From: an uncultured Solirubrobacterales bacterium | Lineage (GTDB): Bacteria > Actinomycetota > Thermoleophilia > Solirubrobacterales > Solirubrobacteraceae | DNA length: 64,000 nt | Assembly (NCBI GenBank): GCA_963812595.1 | Contig: CAWEVQ010000010.1 | Coordinates: forward strand, 101,050 to 165,049 | Direction of reading: 5' to 3' | Part shown: in pieces, positions 10,618 through 20,116 of the stretch | How the letters are laid out: each line of letters starts with the position of its first letter | Numbering within the stretch: position 1 is the first letter of the stretch | Translations under genes and position numbers: made by a program | Notes under the pieces: model-generated | What the model saw: only the letters and a program-made list of their open reading frames with translations | What the model was told of the DNA's origin: nothing | The model's database searches: none

Positions 10618-11127
10618 TCACAACCCCACCGGGTGGTGCACCGACCAGTGCGCCCATTCCGGGATGTGGTCGAGGATTCGCCAGCGCGGGCCGTTTTCGT
10701 TGCGGTTGGGGCCAACGTCGGTGCCGTTGTGACTGGTATCCAGGCGCAGGCCCGCGATGACGATGAAGACGTGCGGGGTCGGCGTGTCGGTCGCGTAGAT
10801 CGTCACCCACCGCCCTGGCCCAGGAGCTCCCCAGCGCACGTAGTCCTGGGCCAGCGGGTTGTCGCGCACGATTTCCGCGAGCGGCCGCACGCCGGCTCGG
10901 TAGAGCACGTAGTTGACGGTGCTCGAGCAGTCCTCGTCGGGCGCCCCCAGCGGGTTGGGGTGGCCGTCGGGCCCGTAGGGGAGGTCCTGCAACTCGTTGC
11001 CGGCCACCACCATCGCCTGCACCGCCGCCGGCACGCCCGCGGGCACCAGCGCGACGTGGCCGTCGCCGGGCACCAACATCGCACGTTCGCCTGAGGTGAA
11101 GCGCACGGGCGTGGCGGTCTCGCTCAC
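10618..11127 (-). CDS. NlpC/P60-like peptidoglycan endopeptidase domain protein
   Basis: PY...DCSSTV and HVFIVI motifs; GTGA overlap with the lytic transglycosylase gene. Confidence 0.6.
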   Translation of the reverse strand: MSETATPVRFTSGERAMLVPGDGHVALVPAGVPAAVQAMVVAGNELQDLPYGPDGHPNPLGAPDEDCSSTVNYVLYRAGVRPLAEIVRDNPLAQDYVRWGAPGPGRWVTIYATDTPTPHVFIVIAGLRLDTSHNGTDVGPNRNENGPRWRILDHIPEWAHWSVHHPVGL

Positions 11128-11762
11128 CAGGCGCGTGTCGGCGCCTTCGGGGGCGCCTTCGGCACCTGCGCCTTCGGGGGCGCCTTCGGGGGCGCCTTCG
11201 GCACCGCTGCGCCTTCAAGGGCCGCTGCCGCCGCGGCCGACGACCCCGCCGGGCCGCTGTACTTCGCCGCCCAACTCTCGACCGCTTCCACGTACCAGCC
11301 GGCATGGTTGTAGGCATAGATCGCCACGCGGTAGTTGCCGGGCGCGCCCGAGGCGCGGAGATAGCGGGCGGCCCCGAAGATCGCGTCCGCCGGGTTCCAG
11401 CGGTCGGGCGGCCCATCGCCTTCGGCGTCCACTCCATAACGCGCCCAGGTCGATGCGAGGAACTGCATCGGCCCCCCTGCGCCCGCCGAGTTGACCGCCC
11501 CCTCCAGCGTGCACGAGGGGGCGGGGTCGCGCCCGTGGTCACACTCGACCTTGCCGATGCCCGCGAGGATCGCCCAATCGAGACCGTAGCGGGCGGCCGC
11601 CCGCAGGTAGAGGCGTAGGTATTCGGGCGGGATTTCCGCACGCGCCAGCAGCGAGACGCCGCTGCCCGCCGCGGCGGCCTCTTCGGCGGCGGCCGTTTCG
11701 CCGGCGAACGCGGTGGGCCGTCCACCGAGCGCCGCGGTCACCACGCCAAGCGTGAGCGTCAT
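11124..11762 (-). CDS. Lytic transglycosylase (SLT) of the conjugation-like cluster
   Basis: ILAGIGKVE, GAGGPMQF, AIYAYNH motifs. Confidence 0.8.
   Translation of the reverse strand: MTLTLGVVTAALGGRPTAFAGETAAAEEAAAAGSGVSLLARAEIPPEYLRLYLRAAARYGLDWAILAGIGKVECDHGRDPAPSCTLEGAVNSAGAGGPMQFLASTWARYGVDAEGDGPPDRWNPADAIFGAARYLRASGAPGNYRVAIYAYNHAGWYVEAVESWAAKYSGPAGSSAAAAAALEGAAVPKAPPKAPPKAQVPKAPPKAPTRAW
11139..11210. repeat. 12-bp tandem repeat (GCCTTCGGGGGC) encoding a PKAP linker
   Basis: Seen directly; translates to PKAPPKAPPKAQVPKAPPKAP. Confidence 0.8.
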
Positions 11763-11881
11763 TGCAAGCGCGGCTGCAGGCTGCGAGCACAGCGAACCCC
11801 GGACGGCTGGGCCGCGGGTGAGCGCGTACGCGCGTCGATGCAGCGTTCATCGGCGTTTCCGTGCCCTCGCCCGTCCCACCG

Positions 11882-14512
11882 TCAGCCCCCCAACTGCCGT
11901 TTGCGCCCCCGTGCGACCTCGTGGGCGTCGCGCAGCACCGGCGACTCGAAGCCACCGCCGGGGCGCTGGGTTGGATCGGGGCCGGGCGAGTGGTGTGGCA
12001 CGTCGCGGGGGCGCTCCCGGCGCGGCGGGCGCTCGCGTGAGCGCGGCGCGGTGTGGGCGCCCTGGCGCAGACGCTCCTCGAGCGCACGGTCGAAGTCCTT
12101 GCCGGCGCGGCGGCGCTCGCGGCGCCCCGGTACACGCTCGTCGGCGGCGACGATGGCGCCGGCCGCACCGCGCAGCTCGCGTCGCAACGCCAGCTCGCGA
12201 TCGATCTCCAGGCGCGCTTCGCGCTGCGCGCGGGGCGCAAGCTGGTCGTACTGCTCGCGGGTGTACCCGGCGATTCCCGCCAGCCCGCCGTAGTCACGCC
12301 GCGCCCCGCCGGCGGCGTCCCCGTTCTGTGCTCTGCCTCCCGCACCTCCGTCCCCTGCCCCCCTGTGCGCCCCGCTCCCGCGCGCGGGTGGCAGCACGGC
12401 CTGCGCGTCCAGCCATTCAGCGCGCTCGCGCAGTTGCGCGGCGGTGTAGGGGCGACCGGTGCGAAGCCGCGCGCGCCCGCCCTCGGCGGCCGTGCGCCGC
12501 GCTTCGTTCAGCGCCCGCTGGCCGTGCTCGACCTCGCCGTCGATCCGCTGCGCGCGGGCGTCGAGGCGGGCGGCGCGGCGGTGCTCCCCGGCGGCCGTCG
12601 CCTTTGCCTGCTCGCGGCGCACCCGCTGCAGCTGGGTGCGTCTGGCGGAGAGCTCGCTCTGCGCCGCCCCGCCCGGCGCCGCGTGAGCGGCCGCCGCCGC
12701 GTGCTCGCGCTCGAACATGCGCGTCACCTGCTCGTCCGCGGTCGCCCGCGCGCGCTGGCGGCCGATGCGCTCGCGCGTGCGCCGGCGCTCTGGAATCGGA
12801 GCCCGCCCACCCGGACCGGAGAGCTTCTTGCGCATCCGACTTGCGCCCTGGATGACGGTGCGCGGCCCCTCCAGCTGCTGCTTCATGCGAGCCAGCAGCG
12901 AGCGGTGGTGCTCGCTCGCGCCACGGTGCTCACCGGCGATCAGGCCCAGCACCTGGTGGCGCTGGCGGTGGGCGCCCCACCACAGCACCGCCACCAGCAG
13001 CCAGCGGGTCCACCAGCCGAGCGCTTCGAGGCCGATCAGCGTGCGCGTCATCAGCAGCACCACGCCCAGCAGGAAGGAGAAGACGAGCTTCGAGCACACG
13101 GCACCCACCAGGTGCGTCGCCCACGCGCGAAACGCGGCGCGGCCGCCGTCGCCGAGCGCCGGTGCCAGCACCGCGGCCGGCGCGAGCAGCAAGTAGAGCA
13201 GGCTGAGGAGCTCCGCGCCCAACAGGTGCAGCACGATGAAGCCCAGCAGCCTGATCATCCCCACCGCCCCGATCGCGATCAGCAGCAGCCCCCCGAGGCG
13301 TGGCATCGTGCCGCCCTGCGTGCGGAACTCCGCCTGCGCCGCGGCCGGTCCACGGCATTCGGTGGCGCTTTCAGAGCCCCCGCACAGCACCCGCAGCAGC
13401 GAGCCGGGCTCGTCGATCGAGTTGCGCGCCGCCTCGTTGGCGGGCAGCGCAAGAAACACTTCCCCGTTGGTGCGCGCCGCGCGCATCAGCGTGGCGCTGC
13501 GCGAGTGCGCCCCCACCGATGCCAGCGGCGCGGCGCTTTCGAGCGCTTCGCAGTACTGCGCCACCCGTTCCCCGCCTTCGCATTTCGCGATCCGCGGACG
13601 CGTGAGCAGCGCCAGGCCGGCGGCGCGCAGCCGCGGTTCCAGGCGCGCGGGGTCCTCACACCAGCTGACGTCGCCGAACTCCAGATAGCACCAGGGGGCA
13701 CCGATGGCCGCCCCGAACAGCCCGCTCATGCTCTGCGCCAGCGTTCGCGAGGCGTGCGCGGGGTTGCCCTGCACGACCGCCCCGAGCGTGCCCGCGCTGG
13801 CCTCGTCCACCCACCCCCCAAGCGCCCCCACGGTGCCGGCGGGATCGGCGATCACCCACAGGCCGCCCGCCATCATCACCAGCATCAGCGCGCTCTGGCC
13901 GAGCGTCTCCGCGACGCGGCGGCGCACGAGGCCGTTGTAAGCGGCGGCCATCGAGGCGAGCGCGAGCGCCGCCGCCAGCCACGGGCCGGTGAACGAGGAT
14001 CGCGTCGCGCGCAGCGAGCGCTCCAGCCCGCCGAGCACGGCGCTGTCCAACAGGTCGAGCGTGAAGCACCACTCCAGCGCCACGATCAGCGCATGCACCA
14101 CCCACACCAGGCCCATCCACACGGGCTCGATCAAGTAATCCTGCAACAGCGTCTGGCTGGTGAGGCCGAGCAGGCCGGTGTCGATGTGGACGTCCAGCCC
14201 GTAGTTGCCGGTGGGGGCGCCCGCGGCCTCGAAGCCCGCTGTTTCGCAGTTGCGCCTGCCGGCCGCCGGCAGGTCCGCGGGCACCCCGCACAGCGGGCTG
14301 CCGAGACCGTTTTCCACGAGCGGGTCGCCGCTGCTCGGGGGCGCCGAGGCCGAGGCGTCGCTGCCGGGGGCAACGCCTTCACCGGCGACCGACCTACCCA
14401 CCAACGGCGGCACCCTGGGCGCGCGCTGGCCGATCTTCGATCGGTTGGCCGCCGCCAACGCTGGAACGATCGCCATCGAAACGGCGATGAGCGCGACCGC
14501 TAGGACCCTCAA
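11882..14512 (-). CDS. Polytopic membrane conjugation protein (TcpH/Orf15/VirB6-like)
   Basis: Many TM helices, PWCYLEFG motif, Arg-rich coiled C-terminus; TTGA overlap with the ATPase stop; follows VirB4. Confidence 0.6.
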   Translation of the reverse strand: MRVLAVALIAVSMAIVPALAAANRSKIGQRAPRVPPLVGRSVAGEGVAPGSDASASAPPSSGDPLVENGLGSPLCGVPADLPAAGRRNCETAGFEAAGAPTGNYGLDVHIDTGLLGLTSQTLLQDYLIEPVWMGLVWVVHALIVALEWCFTLDLLDSAVLGGLERSLRATRSSFTGPWLAAALALASMAAAYNGLVRRRVAETLGQSALMLVMMAGGLWVIADPAGTVGALGGWVDEASAGTLGAVVQGNPAHASRTLAQSMSGLFGAAIGAPWCYLEFGDVSWCEDPARLEPRLRAAGLALLTRPRIAKCEGGERVAQYCEALESAAPLASVGAHSRSATLMRAARTNGEVFLALPANEAARNSIDEPGSLLRVLCGGSESATECRGPAAAQAEFRTQGGTMPRLGGLLLIAIGAVGMIRLLGFIVLHLLGAELLSLLYLLLAPAAVLAPALGDGGRAAFRAWATHLVGAVCSKLVFSFLLGVVLLMTRTLIGLEALGWWTRWLLVAVLWWGAHRQRHQVLGLIAGEHRGASEHHRSLLARMKQQLEGPRTVIQGASRMRKKLSGPGGRAPIPERRRTRERIGRQRARATADEQVTRMFEREHAAAAAHAAPGGAAQSELSARRTQLQRVRREQAKATAAGEHRRAARLDARAQRIDGEVEHGQRALNEARRTAAEGGRARLRTGRPYTAAQLRERAEWLDAQAVLPPARGSGAHRGAGDGGAGGRAQNGDAAGGARRDYGGLAGIAGYTREQYDQLAPRAQREARLEIDRELALRRELRGAAGAIVAADERVPGRRERRRAGKDFDRALEERLRQGAHTAPRSRERPPRRERPRDVPHHSPGPDPTQRPGGGFESPVLRDAHEVARGRKRQLGG

Positions 14513-16947
14513 CGCGAACGCCCGGGCGTGGTCGAGAAGGCGCGCAGCAACGACGGCACCACGACATCGACCTGGATCGCCTCGACGCGCCCGTGGTGAT
14601 CGCGAAACAGGCAGCGGCCGGCGTCCAGCTCCAGCAGCGTCTGGCGCATCCGCCGGTCCTCGGGGTCGAGGCCGAGCAGCGCGCAGGGCACGGCGCGCCT
14701 CCGCATCGGAGCGCATCCCGAACACGAACGTCGCCCCGAGCAGGTTCTCGATCGACTCGCGCTCGCCGAGCAGCGTGTCGCTGACAGCTGCGTGGAGATG
14801 ATCGGCACCGCCAGCTCCGAGCGGCCCATGCGCTGCAACGCCACCAGCAACGTGCGGCCGATCGGGTCGCCCAGCAACCTCCAGCCCTCGTCAAAACTGA
14901 AGATCTTCAGGCGCTCCCGCTCGGCGCCCATCAGGTGCATCGCGAACATCGCGATCAACCGCACGATCTGCTCCCCCACCCGCTCGGCCTGTGAGTGCTC
15001 GGCGCGCGCCGTGCCCGGCTCGGGGGCGGGGAGGTCGCGGATCGGCAGGTAGGTGACCTGGCGGTGGCCGACGGGCGGCAGCCGTACGTCGGGGTCGGCG
15101 AAACCCAGCTGGGTGAGCCCGGAACGCGCGTACACCTCGAGCGTTTTGGCGACCTGCGCGTCGGTGTCGTCGCCCTCGCGCAGCGCGCGCACGACCTCCA
15201 GGCAGGTGGCGGCCGTGCGGGCGCGGCGCACGACGCGGTCGACGGCCCCCACCACGGCGGTCTCCCACGCGGGCTCGGCGCGGGCGGGCAGCAGGTCGCG
15301 CAGGAACGACACGGCGGTGTCCTGGCGCAGGTGCTCGGGCGCCACGCGCAGCGGGTCCAGCACGCCGCGCAGCGCGGGGTCGGGGCGCAGCGTGATGCAC
15401 TCTACGTGCGGGGCAACCTGCTCCAGGAGGTGGAAGCGGTGGTCGCCCTTGGGGTCGCAGTCGATCACGCGGGCTCCCTGCAGGAACGCCTCGTACTTGA
15501 GCTTCTGGTCGAGCGTCGTCTTGCCCGAGCCGAGCGCGCCAACGCTGAGGATCGTCGTGTTGCGGTCGCTGTCGGAGCCCTCACGCAGGTTGAAGCGCAC
15601 CGGCCGCGCCGAGCCGCCGAGCGTGTGGCCGAGGTAGAAGCCGCCCGCGGAGCCCGCCTCGTGGGCGGCGGTGGGCATCATCGCGGCGCACTGTTCGGCG
15701 GTGAGCGTGTCGTCGTAGCCCGCCACGCGCGTGCGCTGCCCGGGGAGGTGCTGGCAGAAGAGCGCCAGCTGGTCGCCCAGGGGGCGGTGCAGGCGGATCT
15801 CGCCGTACGCGCGCCGGCACATCTCCACGCGCTCCTCCAGCTCCTCCTCAGTGCGGGCGGCCAGCGCGATCGCAAGCGTCGCGCGCAGCAGCGGCGGGCG
15901 GCTGGAGGACTGCAGGTGGGCGAGCAGGTCGCGCGCCTCCTGGGTGCGGCGATAGCCGAGGTCGGTGGCGCCCTGCTCGCCGTCGGCCTCGGCGCGCAGG
16001 ATCTGGTCGGCATCCTGGATCCGCCGCCGCGCGATCCGCAGCGCCAGCTCGTTGGGCAGGAAGCGGGCATTGAGCGTGAGGTCCACGCCGAACGGGAGGC
16101 TCTCGACGGGCGCGAACATCAGCTCGGCGCGCGCGCCGGGGAAGTGGACCAGCTCGGGCAGCGCCCCCACGACGAGCTGCGCCTGCCAGCACGCCCCGAG
16201 CTCGGACTCCACCCGCAGCGCCCGCGGACGAAGCTCCACCCAGCTGTCCATCCAGCGCAGCACGTCCCCCTCCAGCGGCGCCAGGACGGCCTCGCCGTTG
16301 CGCTCGAACACCAGCGCCCGCGGCTCGTGCAGGCCGTCCACCCGCGGTTCGCCCAGCTCGCGACAGAAGGCGCGGCGTACAAGCCACTGCAGCTCCGCCC
16401 CGGTCGCAGGACGGGCCGTGAGGTAGTCGGCGAGCCGCGCGTGCGCCTGGTCGGCCCGCACCCGCGCCCGCTCCAGCTCGGTGACGCGCAGCAGGCGGCG
16501 GTCGCGCGGGAGCAGCCCGCGCCGCAGCCCTGCCAGCCATTCACGCGGGTGGCGCTCCACCGCGCGCGACACGTAGGAGGCGACGTCGCGCTCGGGGTCG
16601 CGCAGGCTGACCATGAAGAACAGCGCCGGGCGCTGCGCGTCCAGCTCCTCCAGGCGCTCTACGTGCGCGGCGAGGTAGCGCGTGAGGGCGCCCGCATGAG
16701 GCCTGTCGGCGAGGCCACCCATCTCGCGCGCGTAATCGGCGACCTCCCAGCGGCGGCTGACGCGCACGATCTGGATGTCGGCAGCCACGGCCTCCAGTGC
16801 GCCGAGCAGCGCGAGGAAGCGCTCGCGCTTGCCGTCCTCGGAGAGCCACTCATACGAGCTGGTTGGCACCGCGAACGCGGCCCAGCCGTCGTCGAGGTCG
16901 GCGCCGAACACGAGGTTGCCGTACACGAGGCTGATCGGCGGGCGCAT
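14509..16947 (-). CDS. VirB4-like ATPase (TcpF/ConE, AAA_10); local compensating frameshifts ~14700-14790
   Basis: GALGSGKT Walker A, IDCDPKGD, FDEGW, ISTQ, GRCLFRD. Confidence 0.85.
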   Translation of the reverse strand: MRPPISLVYGNLVFGADLDDGWAAFAVPTSSYEWLSEDGKRERFLALLGALEAVAADIQIVRVSRRWEVADYAREMGGLADRPHAGALTRYLAAHVERLEELDAQRPALFFMVSLRDPERDVASYVSRAVERHPREWLAGLRRGLLPRDRRLLRVTELERARVRADQAHARLADYLTARPATGAELQWLVRRAFCRELGEPRVDGLHEPRALVFERNGEAVLAPLEGDVLRWMDSWVELRPRALRVESELGACWQAQLVVGALPELVHFPGARAELMFAPVESLPFGVDLTLNARFLPNELALRIARRRIQDADQILRAEADGEQGATDLGYRRTQEARDLLAHLQSSSRPPLLRATLAIALAARTEEELEERVEMCRRAYGEIRLHRPLGDQLALFCQHLPGQRTRVAGYDDTLTAEQCAAMMPTAAHEAGSAGGFYLGHTLGGSARPVRFNLREGSDSDRNTTILSVGALGSGKTTLDQKLKYEAFLQGARVIDCDPKGDHRFHLLEQVAPHVECITLRPDPALRGVLDPLRVAPEHLRQDTAVSFLRDLLPARAEPAWETAVVGAVDRVVRRARTAATCLEVVRALREGDDTDAQVAKTLEVYARSGLTQLGFADPDVRLPPVGHRQVTYLPIRDLPAPEPGTARAEHSQAERVGEQIVRLIAMFAMHLMGAERERLKIFSFDEGWRLLGDPIGRTLLVALQRMGRSELAVPIISTQLSATRCSASASRSRTCSGRRSCSGCAPMRRRAVPCALLGLDPEDRRMRQTLLELDAGRCLFRDHHGRVEAIQVDVVVPSLLRAFSTTPGRSR

Positions 16948-16956
16948 GTTCCTCCG

Positions 16957-17514
16957 CTACCGGGCTCGCCGGGTCCTCGGGTGGTGGGCCACCCGCAGCT
17001 CGGCGCCGCGCTCCAGCACCAGCACCTGCCGGTTAGCCGTCATGCGCACGGCGCCGGGGCCGCTGTAGCGCAGGCGACGCGGACGTGGGTCGGAGCCGTC
17101 GGGGAGCATCAACAGCTCCTCCGGGCGCCACACCCCTGTCGCGGCGGCGTCCAGCCGGCCCGGTGAGGCGCCGAGCGATCCACGCGCGGGCAACAGCCCC
17201 GCGAGCTCGCGGGGGCCGAGAAGATGGCGCAAAAGCGCGGCGGCGGCCAGATGAAACGGCCGGCCCTCGATGCGGATCATCGTGAGCAGCGCCGCAAGCC
17301 CCGCCGGCACGAGCAGGTCGCGCGCATACCACGGCAGCGCCCGTACGGCCGTTCCCACCAGCGGCAGCACACCGGCGAGCGCGAAGCAAGCGAGAATCGC
17401 CAAGCAGTAGACGACCCCGCGCACCGGCACCCCGCCGGGGTTGAGCCGCAGCCGGTCCACGCGGTAGATGCGCCGCTCGAGGTCGAACACGGCGCGGTAG
17501 GAGCGGATCTCCAC
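16957..17514 (-). CDS. TcpE-family conjugal transfer membrane protein
   Basis: IRSYRAVFDLERRIYRVD N-terminus, two TMs, IEGRPFH. Confidence 0.75.
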   Translation of the reverse strand: MEIRSYRAVFDLERRIYRVDRLRLNPGGVPVRGVVYCLAILACFALAGVLPLVGTAVRALPWYARDLLVPAGLAALLTMIRIEGRPFHLAAAALLRHLLGPRELAGLLPARGSLGASPGRLDAAATGVWRPEELLMLPDGSDPRPRRLRYSGPGAVRMTANRQVLVLERGAELRVAHHPRTRRAR

Positions 17515-17516
17515 GC

Positions 17517-17948
17517 TCAGGCGCCGAACAGCGAGTTGACGGTGTCCTGCAGCAGGTTGATGCCGGCGGGGGTGGCGAGCAGCACCGCCACGATCCCCAC
17601 GGCGAATACGCCCGCGGCCTCCTTGAAGTCGCGGCGGAACGCCAGCACAGTCCCCGCCACCGCGAACGCCAGCCCGATCAGGCTCATCGCCACCTTGCGC
17701 CCGGTGGCGCCAGCCTTGCTGGCGGCTGCTTCGAGGGTGCTGCCTTCGGAGGTGCCACCCGCACTGGAGCCGCCCGCACTGCCGCCCGATCCGGACCCGG
17801 CTCCGGGCACGGACGAAGAGGCAACTGCGGCGCGCGCGGCGATCGGCGCAAGCCCGAGGAGGGCGCAGGCGATGACGGCGCCCAGCAGCAGGGACGTACC
17901 GGTGTGGGGGCGGACGGTGAGCGATCGCGGGATATGCACGGGGCGCAT
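17517..17948 (-). CDS. Small pilin-like membrane protein (TcpD/VirB2-like)
   Basis: Signal peptide, Gly/Ser linker and two TMs, between tcpC- and tcpE-like genes. Confidence 0.55.
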   Translation of the reverse strand: MRPVHIPRSLTVRPHTGTSLLLGAVIACALLGLAPIAARAAVASSSVPGAGSGSGGSAGGSSAGGTSEGSTLEAAASKAGATGRKVAMSLIGLAFAVAGTVLAFRRDFKEAAGVFAVGIVAVLLATPAGINLLQDTVNSLFGA

Positions 17949-18105
17949 CGAGGCTCCTTCTGTTGGGTGGTGATGGGCTCGGGTCTGGTGTGGAAAACAT
18001 CTGGTCGGGGGTGGTTGGGGCGTTGGCGGCGGTGCGAGCCGGCGCCCGCTCCCACGGCTACCGAGCGTTGGTGGCAGTGCGAGCGTCGGCGCGGGCTCCC
18101 CACGG

Positions 18106-19002
18106 CTACGCGGTGTCGGGATCCATCTGGATCGCGGAGACCTCCCAGCGGCCCTGGGCGCGGAGGACGTCGAGTTCGTAGGCGAGCGTGTACGAGGCCC
18201 CGCGCTGGTCTTGGGCCTGCACCACCGCGATCACCGCACCCCCCGCGCCGGGGGCCCACTGCAGCGACTGCAGCGATTGCAGCGCGAGCTCGATCCCGGG
18301 CAGTGAGACGCGCGCCCCGGGGGCGAGGTCGGCGGCCAGCTCCGCTGGGGAGCCGGCGAGGTAGTTGCGCAGCGCGCGTTCCGCCACGGTGACAAGCGCC
18401 GGTTCGCTCACTTCGCGCAGGCGCCCAGCGCCATACGTTTGCGCCGGGCCGGATGCCGGAGGCCCGACGAACGCGGGATAGCCCGCCAGCGCGAGCGGGC
18501 CCCCAGGCCTGAGGAGGACGCCCACGGTGAGGTAGAGCAGCCCCGCCGTGTCGGTGTCGGCGGCGACGGTGTAGACGTGGTCACCGGGCTGGCGTTCACG
18601 TTCCTGAACCACCTGCGCCCACTGCACACGCTGCTCCCCGCCGGCCGGTGGTTGCAGCCCCGCGCCGGCGTCGATCCCCGACCCCACGAACGGCGCGAGC
18701 GCGTGTTCGCGTGCTTCCGGGTGCGCCGCTTCCCAGGTGAGGTAGGCACGCGCGAACAGCGTCGCGAAACCCTCCGCCGCGAGATCCCCGCCCGCCGGGC
18801 GTCGCAGCAGCGCCGCGGGCAGCGCGGCGCGCGGGGGGTCGAGCGCGAAGCGCACGCTCGCCAGCGCTCCTGACAGCACAAGCGCGTAGAGCACGTACCG
18901 GGGCAGCCCCCGCGTGAGCCGGATCCGCCACAGCGGCCGCCGCGCGATCGTCACGCGGGGGTAGTCCTCCGCGGTACGGAGGTGTGCGGGCGCGCTGTTC
19001 AT
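18106..19002 (-). CDS. TcpC-family (VirB8-like) conjugal transfer protein
   Basis: N-terminal TM, FARAYLTW and AGYPAFV motifs, two NTF2-like halves. Confidence 0.75.
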   Translation of the reverse strand: MNSAPAHLRTAEDYPRVTIARRPLWRIRLTRGLPRYVLYALVLSGALASVRFALDPPRAALPAALLRRPAGGDLAAEGFATLFARAYLTWEAAHPEAREHALAPFVGSGIDAGAGLQPPAGGEQRVQWAQVVQERERQPGDHVYTVAADTDTAGLLYLTVGVLLRPGGPLALAGYPAFVGPPASGPAQTYGAGRLREVSEPALVTVAERALRNYLAGSPAELAADLAPGARVSLPGIELALQSLQSLQWAPGAGGAVIAVVQAQDQRGASYTLAYELDVLRAQGRWEVSAIQMDPDTA

Positions 19003-19661
19003 CGCCGCTCGAACCCGAATTCCGAGCGTGCCCCGCCGACGGCGGCCGTCGCCGTCCTCGCGGTTGCAGTCCCCGCCATCGCGGTCCCAGCCGTCCCGGT
19101 CCCCGCCGTCCCGACCCCCACAGTCCCGGTCCCCGCCGTCCCACCTCCCACAGTCCCGGTCCCCGCCGTCCCGGTCCCCGCCGTCGCCTTGGCGCTCACC
19201 GTTACAGCACCCGCAGGCACTGGGGCCGGCATTTCCGCTGCTGGTGGTGGCTGTGGGGGGAGATAAGGGTGTGCGGGGATCGGCAGCCGACCGGCAGCGC
19301 CGGGACGGCGCTCGGCAACCCGTCGAGCCGACATAGAGGCCCGTCGGGTGTGCTGCCGCGGTCTTCTCCGCGGCAACCTTGCTCGAGTCCGGAGTTGCGC
19401 GATTCCCACATCGGCAGATCTGCGATCGCTCCCCGATCCGGACCGGGTCGCATTCAACGCAACAACGCCGACGACCACCGCGACCACCGAGGCGAGCGCC
19501 GCAAGTGCCGCGAAACGTCCCCATTGCCTCGACTCGCGTTGCGGGTCGCCCTGGCCGCACAGGGCGAGCTCGGCCTCGGCCTGCCAATCCTCGGCGGCGA
19601 AGAACTCCTCCTCGGAGTAGATGCGGTAGGCCTGCCGGGCGGGGGAACGCGGAAGCGTCAT
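18999..19661 (-). CDS. Hypothetical single-TM protein with GTAGT repeats, first gene of the cluster
   Basis: AYRIYSEEEF N-terminus, TM, ends SEFGFERR; ATGA overlap with tcpC; 15-bp repeats ~19040-19190. Confidence 0.55.
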   Translation of the reverse strand: MTLPRSPARQAYRIYSEEEFFAAEDWQAEAELALCGQGDPQRESRQWGRFAALAALASVVAVVVGVVALNATRSGSGSDRRSADVGIAQLRTRARLPRRRPRQHTRRASMSARRVAERRPGAAGRLPIPAHPYLPPQPPPAAEMPAPVPAGAVTVSAKATAGTGTAGTGTVGGGTAGTGTVGVGTAGTGTAGTAMAGTATARTATAAVGGARSEFGFERR

Positions 19662-20038
19662 GCGTAGGCCTGCCGGGGAGCAAAGCGCGGGAGCGTCACG
19701 CGCAATGCCCCCGCCTTGGGGCCCATCTCGGCGACCCCGTGATCGGTGAATGCCGGCTCTGTCGTGCAGCCACGCGAGCGGCCGAGGGCCAAGGTGGGGA
19801 GATACCCGGCCCCCGACCGCATGCGCGCGGATGGGCATCGCCGCGAGGTCGTGCCTGCGACCGACCTGTGGCGTCCCAGGGGACGCGCCTATGGGGGTAG
19901 TGTGAGGGGTTCATAGGTGGGTCCTTATTTCCTGTTCCGCCACCAGCCCCTCGAGTGGGACAACGGTCGGGCGCGCGGGAGACCCACGGGCTCGGGAGTA
20001 AGAGGCCGCCGGCCGGCCACACACCGGCCGGCGGACCG

Positions 20039-20116
20039 TCGTCCTCCGCGACAGCTACACGCGGCTACGCCACGTGGACCATCGTCCTCCGCGAAGCTAC
20101 ACGCGGCTACGCCACG
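20039..20116. repeat. ~35-bp imperfect direct repeat spanning the stop codon of 20107..21285
   Basis: TCGTCCTCCGCGA(C)AGCTACACGCGGCTACGCCACG at 20039-20074 and 20082-20116. Confidence 0.85.

Noticed and set aside
12053-17166. Long plus-strand ORFs (816 and 723 aa) and similar antisense ORFs elsewhere
   Set aside because: Shadow ORFs of high-GC minus-strand genes, with no motifs
19040-19190. Short repeats as a CRISPR array (also 11139-11210 and 23745-23985)
   Set aside because: In-frame coding tandem repeats without unique spacers; no cas genes
19662-20030. ORFs upstream of the tra-like operon as a relaxase remnant
   Set aside because: No recognisable relaxase motifs; low-complexity translations
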